Shown here: piece by piece, positions 1 through 9,803 of the stretch | Numbering within the stretch: the stretch's first letter is position 1 | How the letters are laid out: each line of letters opens with the position of its first letter | From: a virus | Taxonomy: Duplodnaviria; Caudoviricetes | Length of the DNA: 41,062 bases | Virus record (IMG/VR): IMGVR_UViG_3300014613_000012 | Span: 1 to 41,062 of that record | Direction: 5' to 3' (one strand) | Made by a program: the position numbers and the translations under genes | Notes under the pieces: generated by a model | What the model was told of the DNA's origin: nothing | Database searches by the model: none | Seen by the model: only the letters and a program-made list of their open reading frames with translations

Positions 1-123
1 GTTCAGATAGCAAGCCGGTAGTGCGATGTACATAGTGTACGTCGTCCCTGACGTAGTGGACGCCGTGATGTACGTTGACGATATACATCTGATGTGAATA
101 GCACACATAGTGTTGCCTATCCA
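1..123. repeat. Terminal direct repeat (circular assembly overlap), copy 1
   Basis: 1-123 is identical to 40940-41062 (gttcagatag...gcctatcca). Confidence 0.97.
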
Positions 124-945
124 ACGATTGTATGCCGTTAGAGTATCGAATCGCTGCATCAGCTTGAGCTTGACGTCCATCCTAGTTGGCGGAGGACCAA
201 TCGACAATTGCCTGCTTCCAAGCTCACGCGCTCCAGCATCGCTCACAAGATTGTTGTTGATCGTCAGCTCGAAGTTCTGGTATATCTCTTCTGTCGGAAC
301 GGCGTTAGTGATAGAGTCCGCGAAGTACACGTTAACGCTATCGAAAAACAGCGGCTTGATATCAGAGAACGCAGCCGTCGGAGTGCTGGACGTGATCGTC
401 ATGCCCTTGAATACCATGTCGGCAGTCATCACAACAGGACGCCCGATCTCGCCCTTGATAGTCAAGTTGTTCACGCGCCCACCGCGAGCGTTGAAAATAG
501 CCGGCCCGGTATGGCTTCCGAATCCACCTTTCCGCATCTGGAGCGATAGCCCCTTTAGATCAGCAGCAGACGCGGACCCCGTGCCGCGCTTGTTGTTCTC
601 CATATCACCCCAGGAGAAAACATGCTGATACACCGATGCGGTGATAGTAGAGCACGTTACCGTACCGCCCATCGCCTGATAGATGATGTAGTTAACAGCA
701 TCAGAGGCGACGTTGCAATCAAGATCGAGTGAGCCAGTCACCTCGATGTTCCCGCTCATGCGCTTCTTATAGTTCCGCGTTCCGTTGATCGATTCAAGTA
801 GAATCTCTTCGTGAGTTTTCTTGATCGACTCGCTGTTGAACTCAACGAACGTGAAATTGTCCGAAAGAGTTCCCCACGTTGATTCTTTCGCTAGTCCTAA
901 ATATGAGTCATACCCCATTAAGGGGACGCCTGCTCCAACTGTCAT
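1..945 (-). CDS. Tail tube / major tail protein, 5' part (continues across the join to 40814; about 356 aa)
   Basis: Missing from the ORF track because it runs off the edge. ATG at 945 overlaps the upstream stop (TAATG). Reads MTVGAGVPLMGYDSYLGLAKESTWGT...FELTINNNL..., in frame with 40814..41047. Lies between the tail completion genes and the chaperone/tape measure genes. Confidence 0.85.
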   Translation of the reverse strand, partial: MTVGAGVPLMGYDSYLGLAKESTWGTLSDNFTFVEFNSESIKKTHEEILLESINGTRNYKKRMSGNIEVTGSLDLDCNVASDAVNYIIYQAMGGTVTCSTITASVYQHVFSWGDMENNKRGTGSASAADLKGLSLQMRKGGFGSHTGPAIFNARGGRVNNLTIKGEIGRPVVMTADMVFKGMTITSSTPTAAFSDIKPLFFDSVNVYFADSITNAVPTEEIYQNFELTINNNLVSDAGARELGSRQLSIGPPPTRMDVKLKLMQRFDTLTAYNRWIGNTMCAIHIRCISSTYITASTTSGTTYTMYIALPACYLN

Positions 946-1178
946 TATTCAGCACCTCCATCGGTAGTCTGGCGGATGCGTACTTGTCTCGGCTGCTCTT
1001 CAACAAAACAAGGACGATTCCCGTTCTTCATCTTCAGCAAGTGCTTGCGTTCCGTCTCAGTAACGTTGATCTTGTTGTCTCCGCTCTTGCGCGGCAGATT
1101 TACACCGCCTGCGTGATTCTTTAACTTCGGAATCCATATAGGACGGTGATCAACATAAGTTAAAGTGTAGTTACCCAT
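945..1178 (-). CDS. Small hypothetical protein in the tail morphogenesis module
   Basis: 77 aa ORF overlapping both neighbours. Confidence 0.7.
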   Translation of the reverse strand: MGNYTLTYVDHRPIWIPKLKNHAGGVNLPRKSGDNKINVTETERKHLLKMKNGNRPCFVEEQPRQVRIRQTTDGGAE

Positions 1179-2188
1179 TCGTGAGCCTCCTGCGGCATAT
1201 AGAATACATCTACATTGACGATTTTTTCCTTCTCTATGAATTTCTTAAAAGGCTCCTCGCCTTCTCTCGCACTAAAGGATCTCTTGCGGACAAGCGACTT
1301 GAATATGCGTTGCTTCTCGTTGTCGCTCATATTCCGCACCTTCGCAGACTTCAGCTTGCGCTCTAGCGACGCCAGCGGGATCTCTAATACACCCTGGCCG
1401 CTGCAATTATATGCCTTAATCCTGTGATGCTTCAACTGGATATCATGGAAATCCTTCAGCCAGCGAGCACTAAAATATAAATTCTGCGACGTGTTTCCGA
1501 TATTCCCAAACGGATCGATTATCGTCATGTGACGCATCCAATACCGTTTTACGCTGTCATTAAACGCATAATAATTATCAGAATCATACCAACAATAATC
1601 ATACCCCACAAGAATATATTGATCGTATCCCAGGATCTGCGTGGAGAATACCAGAACCGTGTTCCCAACATTTGACGACGCCGGAATCTGCTCATAGCAC
1701 CCCGATATTCCAGAATAACGTACCTCAGTCTGGATGTTGTCCTTGTTCACGAAGAAATAGACTTTCCCCTTCCACGGCAACGTCCAAGCCGGATTCGCGT
1801 TCACGTTCGCTATCAGATTGACTCCTTCCGTCTTATCCATATAAGGCTCGATCCACTCAGGACCGATGCCAGCGTCAGCAATAAATACATACTTCGCCTT
1901 GACGCCGTGATCGAGCAACAGCCCGAATGCCTTGTCAACACAGCCGATTTCTACAGCCGGATTATCTACGCAGTACTTCTTAATAATATCAATCTTGTGC
2001 TCAAATGAAGGCCCCAGGCCAATGCACAACATAGTTTTCCCTGCGCCTGCAAATAATAAATCTTGATGGCTGTTCCCGTCCGCTTTGTACCGCTTCCCAT
2101 TCTCCGCGCTGTTCGCGTCCCACGTCTGCTGCCATTGCGCCATCGCTGCTCTGCTCTGTGCCAGTACTTCCTGTTCGCTTAGTGCCAT
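1160..2188 (-). CDS. Maf / DUF115 (motility-associated-factor-like) putative glycosyltransferase
   Basis: Motifs CIGLGPS, CVDKA, GVKAKYVFIAD, SNVGNT, LGYDQYILVGYD, YNCSGQG match the DUF115/MAF_flag10 pattern. Confidence 0.75.
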   Translation of the reverse strand: MALSEQEVLAQSRAAMAQWQQTWDANSAENGKRYKADGNSHQDLLFAGAGKTMLCIGLGPSFEHKIDIIKKYCVDNPAVEIGCVDKAFGLLLDHGVKAKYVFIADAGIGPEWIEPYMDKTEGVNLIANVNANPAWTLPWKGKVYFFVNKDNIQTEVRYSGISGCYEQIPASSNVGNTVLVFSTQILGYDQYILVGYDYCWYDSDNYYAFNDSVKRYWMRHMTIIDPFGNIGNTSQNLYFSARWLKDFHDIQLKHHRIKAYNCSGQGVLEIPLASLERKLKSAKVRNMSDNEKQRIFKSLVRKRSFSAREGEEPFKKFIEKEKIVNVDVFYMPQEAHEWVTTL

Positions 2189-2202
2189 AATTCACCTTCT
2201 TC

Positions 2203-2721
2203 TCAGTTGTCATGCGTCATTATTTCAAGCGAGATCCTAGCGACGCTGTTCCATGTGTCGTTGCTGAATCTCACGTTGTAATCAGTGTTAGTGATCGTCA
2301 CCATCTCTGCGTTCGGAACTCCGAGAGCAGTAGTTGACAGCGTGACGTAGTTCCGAAATAGCTTCTCTACGTTCGACGCAAGCTGAAATAGCTCTTTGTC
2401 GCCAATCTCACGCCCACGCCCTGCGTCCGGCGCGCCGCTCATGCCGTAATCAGTCACTACTACCAAGTCAACCTGACATGTTATTCTCCGATACGCCGAT
2501 CTTGAAAGCCGCTCAAACTCCTCCTGCTTGTTCATCATCTCGATAAATATCACAGGATACATCGTCTTAGCTATCGGCGTTGACTCGGCATAAGTCTTGT
2601 AAACAGCCTGTATCGGATTCGACGACAGGCTCGATTTCAGATTATACGATGACGTTATAGTGTTATTTTTGTTGATAACACTTGCGATAGTCGTCATAAG
2701 ATTGTTAACGTCAAATGCCAT
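2203..2721 (-). CDS. Tail terminator / completion protein (putative)
   Basis: 172 aa with YPVIFIE; position between neck and tail tube genes. Confidence 0.55.
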   Translation of the reverse strand: MAFDVNNLMTTIASVINKNNTITSSYNLKSSLSSNPIQAVYKTYAESTPIAKTMYPVIFIEMMNKQEEFERLSRSAYRRITCQVDLVVVTDYGMSGAPDAGRGREIGDKELFQLASNVEKLFRNYVTLSTTALGVPNAEMVTITNTDYNVRFSNDTWNSVARISLEIMTHDN

Positions 2722-3188
2722 TATTCAACAGCCTTCCCGCGGATGATGTAATTCAGGCTGATATCTCCAATTGCCTTACGAGCCTTGTCAGACAGCCACA
2801 GGAAAGGACGCTTTGGAATAGTAATCGAACGCTTTCCGATTCTTGCAGTTCTTCCGTACTGATGCGTCGCTGCATATTCTATCCCAGTATAAACTTCAGC
2901 ATCTGATGAAGTACCGCGAAACTTGACAGATCGTCTCATCGTTCCGGTATCTTGCAATATCCGTGCCGTGCCACTCCCCTTCCCTTTCCGCCTGGCCCTG
3001 AGCGTCCACTCACTAAGCGACTTCCACTTACCATCTGGCCCCTCCTCCTTCGAGAAGTGATCCATTACGTCTTTCCACCCACGCGCTGCAATATATTCAT
3101 TCGCCTTCTTCCAATCAGATACACGATTAGTTACATCTTTCATGTATCCGCTGAATCGCTCAAGTCCCTGAAATTCGAACGTTATCAT
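2721..3188 (-). CDS. Phage virion morphogenesis protein (Mu gpG-like)
   Basis: F..E.GPDG.W..L, ILQDTGTMRRS, YAATHQYG, IPKRPFL are typical of this family. Confidence 0.9.
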   Translation of the reverse strand: MITFEFQGLERFSGYMKDVTNRVSDWKKANEYIAARGWKDVMDHFSKEEGPDGKWKSLSEWTLRARRKGKGSGTARILQDTGTMRRSVKFRGTSSDAEVYTGIEYAATHQYGRTARIGKRSITIPKRPFLWLSDKARKAIGDISLNYIIRGKAVE

Positions 3189-3691
3189 TCTCTACTATCC
3201 GATATGTGATCGATTAAATCATCGTCAAACTTCCAATTAAGTGCATCGTCAACGTCAAACGCTGGTGTGTAATTCTTCGTATTGCTATCAACTATGTTCG
3301 TAGCCTCGTCTGTGCGCTCTGCCACTACAGAGCCGGACGTGTACACCAAGTCAATCATGCCCTCGCGGATGTCGTCAAGCTCCTTGAAAGCTTCATCGCG
3401 CAAGTCCGCAAAATACTCTAAACGATTGTGATTGTCCTGCGAATAACACGATCTATATGTGTAATACGCCGTGATATCCTCAGTAATAGCGACCAACAAA
3501 GGCGGAGCCGGTGAAACTGGTACGTCGTAACGTTTGCTAATCTTAGCGTTCACCAAGGCTTCCGCCCTCGTCAGATGCGCGTTAATCATAGCGACAGTCT
3601 GCGTATAGGCCGGTGTAATAGTAGTCGTCTGCGGTAGTCCTGGGACTATCAGCAGAAGAGTTGTGCCAGTCGATACGTAGCTGCCGCCCAT
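3185..3691 (-). CDS. Head-tail adaptor (Mu gp36/DUF1320-like)
   Basis: AEALVNAKISKRYDVP...DITAYY...A.KELDDIREG pattern; position after capsid. Confidence 0.8.
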   Translation of the reverse strand: MGGSYVSTGTTLLLIVPGLPQTTTITPAYTQTVAMINAHLTRAEALVNAKISKRYDVPVSPAPPLLVAITEDITAYYTYRSCYSQDNHNRLEYFADLRDEAFKELDDIREGMIDLVYTSGSVVAERTDEATNIVDSNTKNYTPAFDVDDALNWKFDDDLIDHISDSRE

Positions 3692-3692
3692 C

Positions 3693-3908
3693 TTATACCA
3701 CCTGCCGCTGTCTAGTCGCTACGCCCTTCTTCACCACGGCGACGAGCACACATTTCTTGCGCCCGTCTCGCAGCGTCCGGATTTCGTAACGCTTGATCTT
3801 CTTGCCAACGATGACCTCTTTTTTCTCAGTAGATACGACCTGATTGTCAGAGGGCTTTTTGGCTTTTTTGGCAGTTTCGGTATTGCGAGTCATTACCACG
3901 TCAGCCAT
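3693..3908 (-). CDS. Small basic hypothetical protein downstream of capsid
   Basis: Probable start at 3908 (MADVV) after a GGAGG RBS. Confidence 0.6.
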   Translation of the reverse strand: MADVVMTRNTETAKKAKKPSDNQVVSTEKKEVIVGKKIKRYEIRTLRDGRKKCVLVAVVKKGVATRQRQVV

Positions 3909-3921
3909 AACCATCCTCCAT

Positions 3922-4875
3922 TTACGCCATTGCGCCAGTGACGGACGAGAAGTAGTACGCACATCCCGTTGCAATCAACTGGTGAGTGTACATCGTCGAT
4001 ACTTCGATGATGTCGCCGGAGAGCTTTTCTTCTCTCCACTTCTTGACCTTGTACGGCATACCGGCTTCGCTCACGCGGATCGTGCCAGCAGCAGTGACTT
4101 TCTTCAGGCCAGGGCTCGGATTCTGATACGCAAGAAGCGCATGCCCGCCCCAGATGAAAGTCGTAGACGCCGCAACAGCGGTATTACCAGGAGCTGACTC
4201 CTTGCCGGTGTCGTAAACTGCTTTACCTACGAGAACCTTGTCAACATCGAAGATCGCCGCGAGAAGATCCTCAGTGACGAGAGCGCGTTCGACGTACTGG
4301 ATACGCTGATACACGTTCGGATTCTCTTTCAGGCACTCGAACGTATTCCAGCCGATGATCATCATGTTCGGCTTTACGCCGGACGATTGAACGACAACAC
4401 CAGTGCCAGAGAGCACGTTCTGAATCGGCGCGCTCGTAGTGGTGTTGTACTTCCAACTGGTCGCCGTAGTGTACTGAGTGTTATTCCCCCACGAAGTCGT
4501 CGTAAACAGGAGGCTCATCGCCTCGAACTCCTGCGATAGCAGGATCTGATCAGTCAGGAACTCCGTAGTGTCAACGTCGATATTGATCATGTCCGCATTG
4601 CGGCGATCACGATCAGATACGATGTCAGCAAGAGCGTGCTCGGCTACCGAGTAGCTGGAAGTCGATACGCCCCAGGTGACCATGTTTGACGCGGACTTGT
4701 TACCGCGCAGAGTGTCGTTAATCCGGAACTGACGATCATATACATAGTACAGATCGTTTTCCTTCGTAACTGGAATGTCCTTCAGAAAGTTCGGAGCGAT
4801 GTACTCCGCGTTTTTGTACTGAATAGACAAATTCGTGAGAGCCTTAGAAATATGTAATTGTCCACCGTATGGCAT
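3922..4875 (-). CDS. Major capsid protein (lambda E / Mu T-like, HK97 fold)
   Basis: ALTNLSIQYKN.EYIA, KPNMMIIG...L..NP; 317 aa; strong GGGAGG RBS; follows protease and decoration genes. Confidence 0.88.
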   Translation of the reverse strand: MPYGGQLHISKALTNLSIQYKNAEYIAPNFLKDIPVTKENDLYYVYDRQFRINDTLRGNKSASNMVTWGVSTSSYSVAEHALADIVSDRDRRNADMINIDVDTTEFLTDQILLSQEFEAMSLLFTTTSWGNNTQYTTATSWKYNTTTSAPIQNVLSGTGVVVQSSGVKPNMMIIGWNTFECLKENPNVYQRIQYVERALVTEDLLAAIFDVDKVLVGKAVYDTGKESAPGNTAVAASTTFIWGGHALLAYQNPSPGLKKVTAAGTIRVSEAGMPYKVKKWREEKLSGDIIEVSTMYTHQLIATGCAYYFSSVTGAMA

Positions 4876-4888
4876 AGTTTATCCTCCC

Positions 4889-5296
4889 TTATACCAGAGT
4901 CCCGCCAGGCATCGGGCAAACATAAACAGTCGCCGCACCGCCTGATGCCGGAACGTCAAGAAGCTGACCAACAATACGCTGATTAGCGGTAGTGTTCGTG
5001 AGCGCAACAACGAGGCTCCCGGCAGTAGTAGCCACAAGCCAGTCGCCAAGCGTGCAAGTCGTTCCCGACAGCATGCAGCCAGTAGCCACGCCGTGAGTAA
5101 TGACAGTGACCATCGTAGATCCGCTGGACTGATAGCTGTCGATAATACCGATCACCCTATCTGATGAAGCAGAAGCTACGCAAACAGTCATCGACGCGCT
5201 CAAATAAGCGACTTTATACTGTGACGTAGTAGTACGCGCTCCTGTGCCAGCCGCGAACGTCATACGAGCAGTGTAAGCATTTCCCTTAATAGCCAT
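4889..5296 (-). CDS. Head decoration / capsid cement protein (DUF2190-like)
   Basis: 135 aa, rich in small residues, VIGI...V.VITHG...GD.L; between protease and capsid. Confidence 0.75.
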   Translation of the reverse strand: MAIKGNAYTARMTFAAGTGARTTTSQYKVAYLSASMTVCVASASSDRVIGIIDSYQSSGSTMVTVITHGVATGCMLSGTTCTLGDWLVATTAGSLVVALTNTTANQRIVGQLLDVPASGGAATVYVCPMPGGTLV

Positions 5297-5307
5297 ATTC
5301 GGCCTCC

Positions 5308-6414
5308 TTATTTCCCAACTTCAAGAAGAGCTTGCTTGTAGCTGACCTTGTGATCTTCGGCGTATTTCTTCGCCTTCCGATACAGTTCTTCGTCGTCAGC
5401 TTCCTGGCCCTTCCCGATTTCGGAGTATTCACTTATTGCGCTCATTTCTGGTGTCTGATGATTGTTCTCAATAATAGATTTCACGATGTCAAACGCGCTG
5501 CCTTTAATTTCCTTAGTGGCATCGCCTTCGGCATACGCATGAAGGATTTCGCCTTCTTCGTGCATCGCAAGAGCGAAGAACGCTTCACGCTGCGCCGGTA
5601 CAAACTTCTCTTTGTTCGCGTCCAGGTATGCGTTCACGTCTTTCGCCTTCATCGCACGCTCGTTCTCGGCAATCTTGCCTTGCAGTTCCTGTTTCTCATC
5701 GGCATACGCCTTGAGCTGAGTCTCAAGCTCCGCAATCTTGTCCGTATAGTTTTTTTCAATTTCAGGATTCATTTGATCCTCCTTAATTTCGTGATAACTT
5801 TTCATTGCTTCAAATTCGTTCGCAGTATACAGATTGATGAAGTCGTCAAGCGTCTGTACCGCTGGAGTGTCAGCACCAAGAAGCGCGACAGCACGCAATA
5901 CTCGCTTGTATTTCTTCTCGCCCTCTTTCAGATTCCAGTATATTTCACTGGAAAATCTTCCGTAGGCTTTCGAATTGATCAGTTGGTAAATCTTCTCCGG
6001 TACAGCGGTGAAGCTCGCTAGCAGTCTGTCACCCACGCGGCGGATACCGTTGACCCATCCCGCGGCAGGCATGCCATCCGCCTGCAGGAGCTTCTGATCC
6101 TTGTCGTGACCGAGCTTCAAGTACGGCTTGATCTTCCCACCGATCTCGTTAAACGACTCCACCATTGCGTCAAGATCAGCCTCAGAATACTCGTCACCGT
6201 TCCACTTGCCAGCGGCGAAAATTTCAACATCCGATATATCATACGTCTTACGCTCCTGTATGAGTTTATCAGTCATTTCCTTTTCGCCTTCCTGCTGCTT
6301 GTCCCATTGGCCCTTTAAGAACTCCTTGCGCTTCTCTTCGTCCGGAAACTCAGCCATGAGCTCAGGCTCCGACATCCGCTTCGCGCTGTAGTCCTCGAAG
6401 CTCTCAGGCTTCAT
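5308..6414 (-). CDS. Prohead protease with C-terminal scaffold (Mu I-like)
   Basis: EIFAAGKW, LKLGH, AAGWV, SSEI, AVALLGA.TPAV, then a coiled-coil acidic tail. Confidence 0.85.
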   Translation of the reverse strand: MKPESFEDYSAKRMSEPELMAEFPDEEKRKEFLKGQWDKQQEGEKEMTDKLIQERKTYDISDVEIFAAGKWNGDEYSEADLDAMVESFNEIGGKIKPYLKLGHDKDQKLLQADGMPAAGWVNGIRRVGDRLLASFTAVPEKIYQLINSKAYGRFSSEIYWNLKEGEKKYKRVLRAVALLGADTPAVQTLDDFINLYTANEFEAMKSYHEIKEDQMNPEIEKNYTDKIAELETQLKAYADEKQELQGKIAENERAMKAKDVNAYLDANKEKFVPAQREAFFALAMHEEGEILHAYAEGDATKEIKGSAFDIVKSIIENNHQTPEMSAISEYSEIGKGQEADDEELYRKAKKYAEDHKVSYKQALLEVGK

Positions 6415-6836
6415 TATTTCGTCCTCTTCGCGATCTGACAGTAGAAGTATGCGCTAGAAGAAACAGTCGTCACGCACGCCACGACAGCAGTAGTTGACGT
6501 GATATCAACGAGCATGCCAATCGGGCCGAAGTTGAAACAAGTCGTTTTCCCAGAAGTAGACGTGCCCTTGTCCAGAATACCAAACGTGTCCTTAGCTGCC
6601 GTGCAAAGGACCGCCGCACTGCTATTAACATCGCCAGCAAGCGACAGCGTGAAGTTAATAAGCCGCACTTCATACGCGCCGGATGACAAGTCAGAAATCA
6701 CGTCCTTATTCCCTGCCGCCGCGGTGTTCGTCCACGTCCCGATAGTTTGAAGGATCTCCCATTTATGCGGGGTGACGAACTTCTCCTGATTCTCAAAAGG
6801 CGGATAAATCACAGTTACCGTATTAGCCATTGCCAT
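6414..6836 (-). CDS. Hypothetical Thr/Ser-rich virion-associated protein
   Basis: 140 aa, beta-rich, in the head module. Confidence 0.65.
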   Translation of the reverse strand: MAMANTVTVIYPPFENQEKFVTPHKWEILQTIGTWTNTAAAGNKDVISDLSSGAYEVRLINFTLSLAGDVNSSAAVLCTAAKDTFGILDKGTSTSGKTTCFNFGPIGMLVDITSTTAVVACVTTVSSSAYFYCQIAKRTK

Positions 6837-6888
6837 AGTATTTACCTCGTAGTGTAGATTTCTTTTTTCATAAGATCATATTCTTTTA

Positions 6889-7410
6889 TCAGTCTAATAA
6901 TTCGTACCATTCAAGATTTATAAACATATTAACGTTTCCCGCAGTGTTGTTCTCAGCCCGTAAAAGGTACTTGCTCCCAGGTGCAAGAATATATTCGTCG
7001 TCTGCGCGAACAGACACGCCAAGAACTCCGGCAGCAGTTAAGTATTTCATGCCGATAGTCACAGTTGCCGCGCCAGTCGTTGCGGCAGTTGGCGTGTATG
7101 TAATAACAGCCGTAGCCGTGTCAACACCATCGCATCTGTTCATGTTTCGAGCTTGTATCGCCGTACCCGCCGCAGTCTGCGTATGATCCTCGTACAGATA
7201 TACCCTGCAAGGACCGCCAGAAGATGCTACCTCAGGATACAGATGCACCTCGTTCGCCGTCCCAGTAATGTTTATTACGAGCTCGGCCGATACAGATGCA
7301 CCAACAGTCGTGAAGAAACGTGATGCCGTAAACATCTTTCCCGCGTGAACCATATTATGCACAGTCCTCATCGTGACCTGTGCTTTTGTTTTCCCGTCAA
7401 TTATGCTCAT
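6889..7410 (-). CDS. Hypothetical Thr/Ala-rich virion-associated protein
   Basis: 173 aa ending EYILAPGSKYLLR...LEWYE; in the head module. Confidence 0.65.
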   Translation of the reverse strand: MSIIDGKTKAQVTMRTVHNMVHAGKMFTASRFFTTVGASVSAELVINITGTANEVHLYPEVASSGGPCRVYLYEDHTQTAAGTAIQARNMNRCDGVDTATAVITYTPTAATTGAATVTIGMKYLTAAGVLGVSVRADDEYILAPGSKYLLRAENNTAGNVNMFINLEWYELLD

Positions 7411-7411
7411 A

Positions 7412-9682
7412 TCAAGCCTCCTTAGTCAGCGTCAAGAACCCGCCCTTGTCCTGCTCTGTGGCAGGCATCTTGCTGTATCCATCAAATTCTTCGTCAGGAA
7501 ATATCGGAATAATTATCGATCTGCATTGGTAGTGTTTCGGCGGATTGTAGTAGCCTGCTTCCTGCTTGCTAAATATCTTCTCGTCCAGAGCACGACACAG
7601 CGGCGATGTCCTATCGTCCATGATCGCGCTGTACTGATATGCAACGATGCCATCGCCCAAGGCATTGAACTGAAGCAGTCGCGCCTCGTTCATCGCCTTC
7701 GCAACGGTGGTCCTCACGATGTTCTCAAGCCGCGGCGCATCAAGGCTAATTCCGTATCCAATAAGCGCATCGTCAATCATCGTCATAGTGTCGCGCAGAG
7801 AATTGCCTGCACGGATCGAGTCAAACAGCGTGCCTTTAATATGCTTCAGGATCTCGTCAACTTCAACAGAAGCCAAGTACTCGGCGTTGTCCTCCATCCA
7901 CTGGATGACATCTTCGTAATCGAGTCCTGTTGGCACGTCGATCACAAAGTTTTTCTGCGTCTCCGCGCTCGCATTCCCGCGCTGCAATGCCTCACGCATC
8001 AAGTTCTTAAAGTCATTTTTGATCTTGCTCCGATACGGGAACTGCAAGCCGTTAATCAGAGACATCCGCTTATTCTCGACAATCTTCTTGCGCTTGACTT
8101 CATCCATGAGCCTGTTAATCGACAGCTTAAAGTCGTGCGCCAGGATCTCTTTCCACTTGTCGGTCAATTCGATATAATCGTCGTTGATCTGCTTGAAATT
8201 CACCTTCTTCTCGTAGACGGTATATTCCCGCGACAGCTCAAGTTTAGCGTGCTCTTTTACTTCGCTAGCCAATTCATCACGGCTGACAAGAGACTCGTCT
8301 TTTTCCTCTTCTTCGGCTTCGGCTTCTTCGCCACCGGCTTCTTCGGCTTCTGGCTCTTCGCCGTCTTTTCCTTCGAGCTGTTCATCCATCTGCTCCTTGC
8401 GCTCTTCTTTTTCCTGCTCCATCTCCGCAAACTCTTCCTCAGTGATCTCAGGCGCGTTGATGGATTGCAGGAACCAATTTATCTGCGTCTTAGTCGTCGG
8501 TATCTGGCCAGTCCTCAGTGCTTCCAGCCACGTCTGGACGTATTCGCTTTTCTTTTCGTCGTCCACTTTTCGGAACTTAAACTTAGCGTTAATGCCAGTT
8601 CCGAAATTCCACATCACAAGCGGATTGATGATTTCACGATTGACAAGATTCTGGATGTCCTGGCGGACGTATTCGATAGTCGCATAAAAGAGCGCGAACT
8701 GCTCCTTTCCAAGCGCATACGATCCGCCGCCAGTCTGATGGCCGGAGAATCCGAGCAAGTCCGGCAGGAGCATTTTGCGAGCTATCATAGAGTCGTACTT
8801 GTTGATCGCAGCTTCGAAATCCGACGTGCCTTTCGTTACTTGCATCATCTCCAGCTTGAAATCTTCAGGGATGATGAAAGCCGTCTTTGCCTGCATGTTA
8901 TCAAGCATGCGCAACAGCATGTTCTTCTCGGCTGCGCCAGCACTGCGCGGAATAGTCGCTATCGCAGGAGGAACTCCGCACCGCTCAAGATAGATATTCC
9001 AAAACTTGATAATGGCGTTCTTGCTCCACCAGGCCCGATATATGCCGGTGTCAAGATCGCTCTTGCCGTAGGGATTGTCGAATTCCGCGTTGTATGAGTA
9101 CAAGATGAACTTTGCGAACTTGTCCGGCCCCAGGAGGATGTCGTTCCGTATGCCGGTATGCTGGAGAATGTTTTCAAGATTCCCCTGCTTGTCAAGATGC
9201 AGCTCGAACGTGTGCGGGGCCCGCGTCTTGATGTCTCGCAGTCCTATGCGTGCTTTCCCTTCGTACTCGCACCACTCCCACAACTTCTCGCTCAGAGAAA
9301 AGCCGTAGTCAATAGCCGATAGTATCTGGAACAGCTTCTTGTCGAATATGTCGTTGATATAAGATCGCAGATTCCACTCGAGGAATTCCTGCGCCTTCTC
9401 GTCGTCAGACTCTATTTCCCATCCGCTGGCCAGGACTATGAGCTTCTTCAGCGTGAGCGCAGACGATATCTGATCGTCCTCGCGCATCTGGTCAAATACG
9501 CGGTATCCGCCTTTCTTCTGCCACAACTCAGCTGGATTGTACGGCTGGAATTGATACTTATCATAATACGAGGAATCAGCGAACGATAGCTCAGTGCCGA
9601 TATCCCGCGGCGCGGTCATATCGTCCTGCAAATAGTATAGCTTGTTTCCGTGCTGATCTACTACCGCGAGCTCTTGAATCAA
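7412..9682 (-). CDS. Portal protein (DUF935 / Mu gp29-like) fused to a MuF minor head domain
   Basis: N-terminal NPYGKS, WNIYLERCGVP, GGSYALG; acidic linker; C-terminal RLENIVRT, YSAIMDDRTSPLC, PPKHYQCRS. Confidence 0.9.
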   Translation of the reverse strand: MIQELAVVDQHGNKLYYLQDDMTAPRDIGTELSFADSSYYDKYQFQPYNPAELWQKKGGYRVFDQMREDDQISSALTLKKLIVLASGWEIESDDEKAQEFLEWNLRSYINDIFDKKLFQILSAIDYGFSLSEKLWEWCEYEGKARIGLRDIKTRAPHTFELHLDKQGNLENILQHTGIRNDILLGPDKFAKFILYSYNAEFDNPYGKSDLDTGIYRAWWSKNAIIKFWNIYLERCGVPPAIATIPRSAGAAEKNMLLRMLDNMQAKTAFIIPEDFKLEMMQVTKGTSDFEAAINKYDSMIARKMLLPDLLGFSGHQTGGGSYALGKEQFALFYATIEYVRQDIQNLVNREIINPLVMWNFGTGINAKFKFRKVDDEKKSEYVQTWLEALRTGQIPTTKTQINWFLQSINAPEITEEEFAEMEQEKEERKEQMDEQLEGKDGEEPEAEEAGGEEAEAEEEEKDESLVSRDELASEVKEHAKLELSREYTVYEKKVNFKQINDDYIELTDKWKEILAHDFKLSINRLMDEVKRKKIVENKRMSLINGLQFPYRSKIKNDFKNLMREALQRGNASAETQKNFVIDVPTGLDYEDVIQWMEDNAEYLASVEVDEILKHIKGTLFDSIRAGNSLRDTMTMIDDALIGYGISLDAPRLENIVRTTVAKAMNEARLLQFNALGDGIVAYQYSAIMDDRTSPLCRALDEKIFSKQEAGYYNPPKHYQCRSIIIPIFPDEEFDGYSKMPATEQDKGGFLTLTKEA

Positions 9683-9749
9683 TCTGGCTCCGAACGTCTC
9701 CGGTATCCAGTGCTATTATTTAATCGTGTTCTCAGTAGATGTTTAGAAT

Positions 9750-9774
9750 ATATTAAAACGGTGTTTTTTGTCAA
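9750..9774 (-). promoter_or_regulatory. Putative sigma70-like promoter for the head/tail operon
   Basis: TTGACA (9769-9774) followed by an AT-rich -10 candidate (TATATT or TATTCT) at 16-18 bp spacing. Confidence 0.5.
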
Positions 9775-9803
9775 GTATTTTTTAACAAGATTGGCCGATC
9801 CAA

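Noticed and set aside
110-628. Plus-strand ORFs at the window start
   Set aside because: Shadows of the minus-strand tail tube gene (1-945) that the track missed
7373-9097. 574-aa plus-strand ORF
   Set aside because: Antisense shadow of the portal-MuF gene; no motifs, and composition typical of reverse-frame reading
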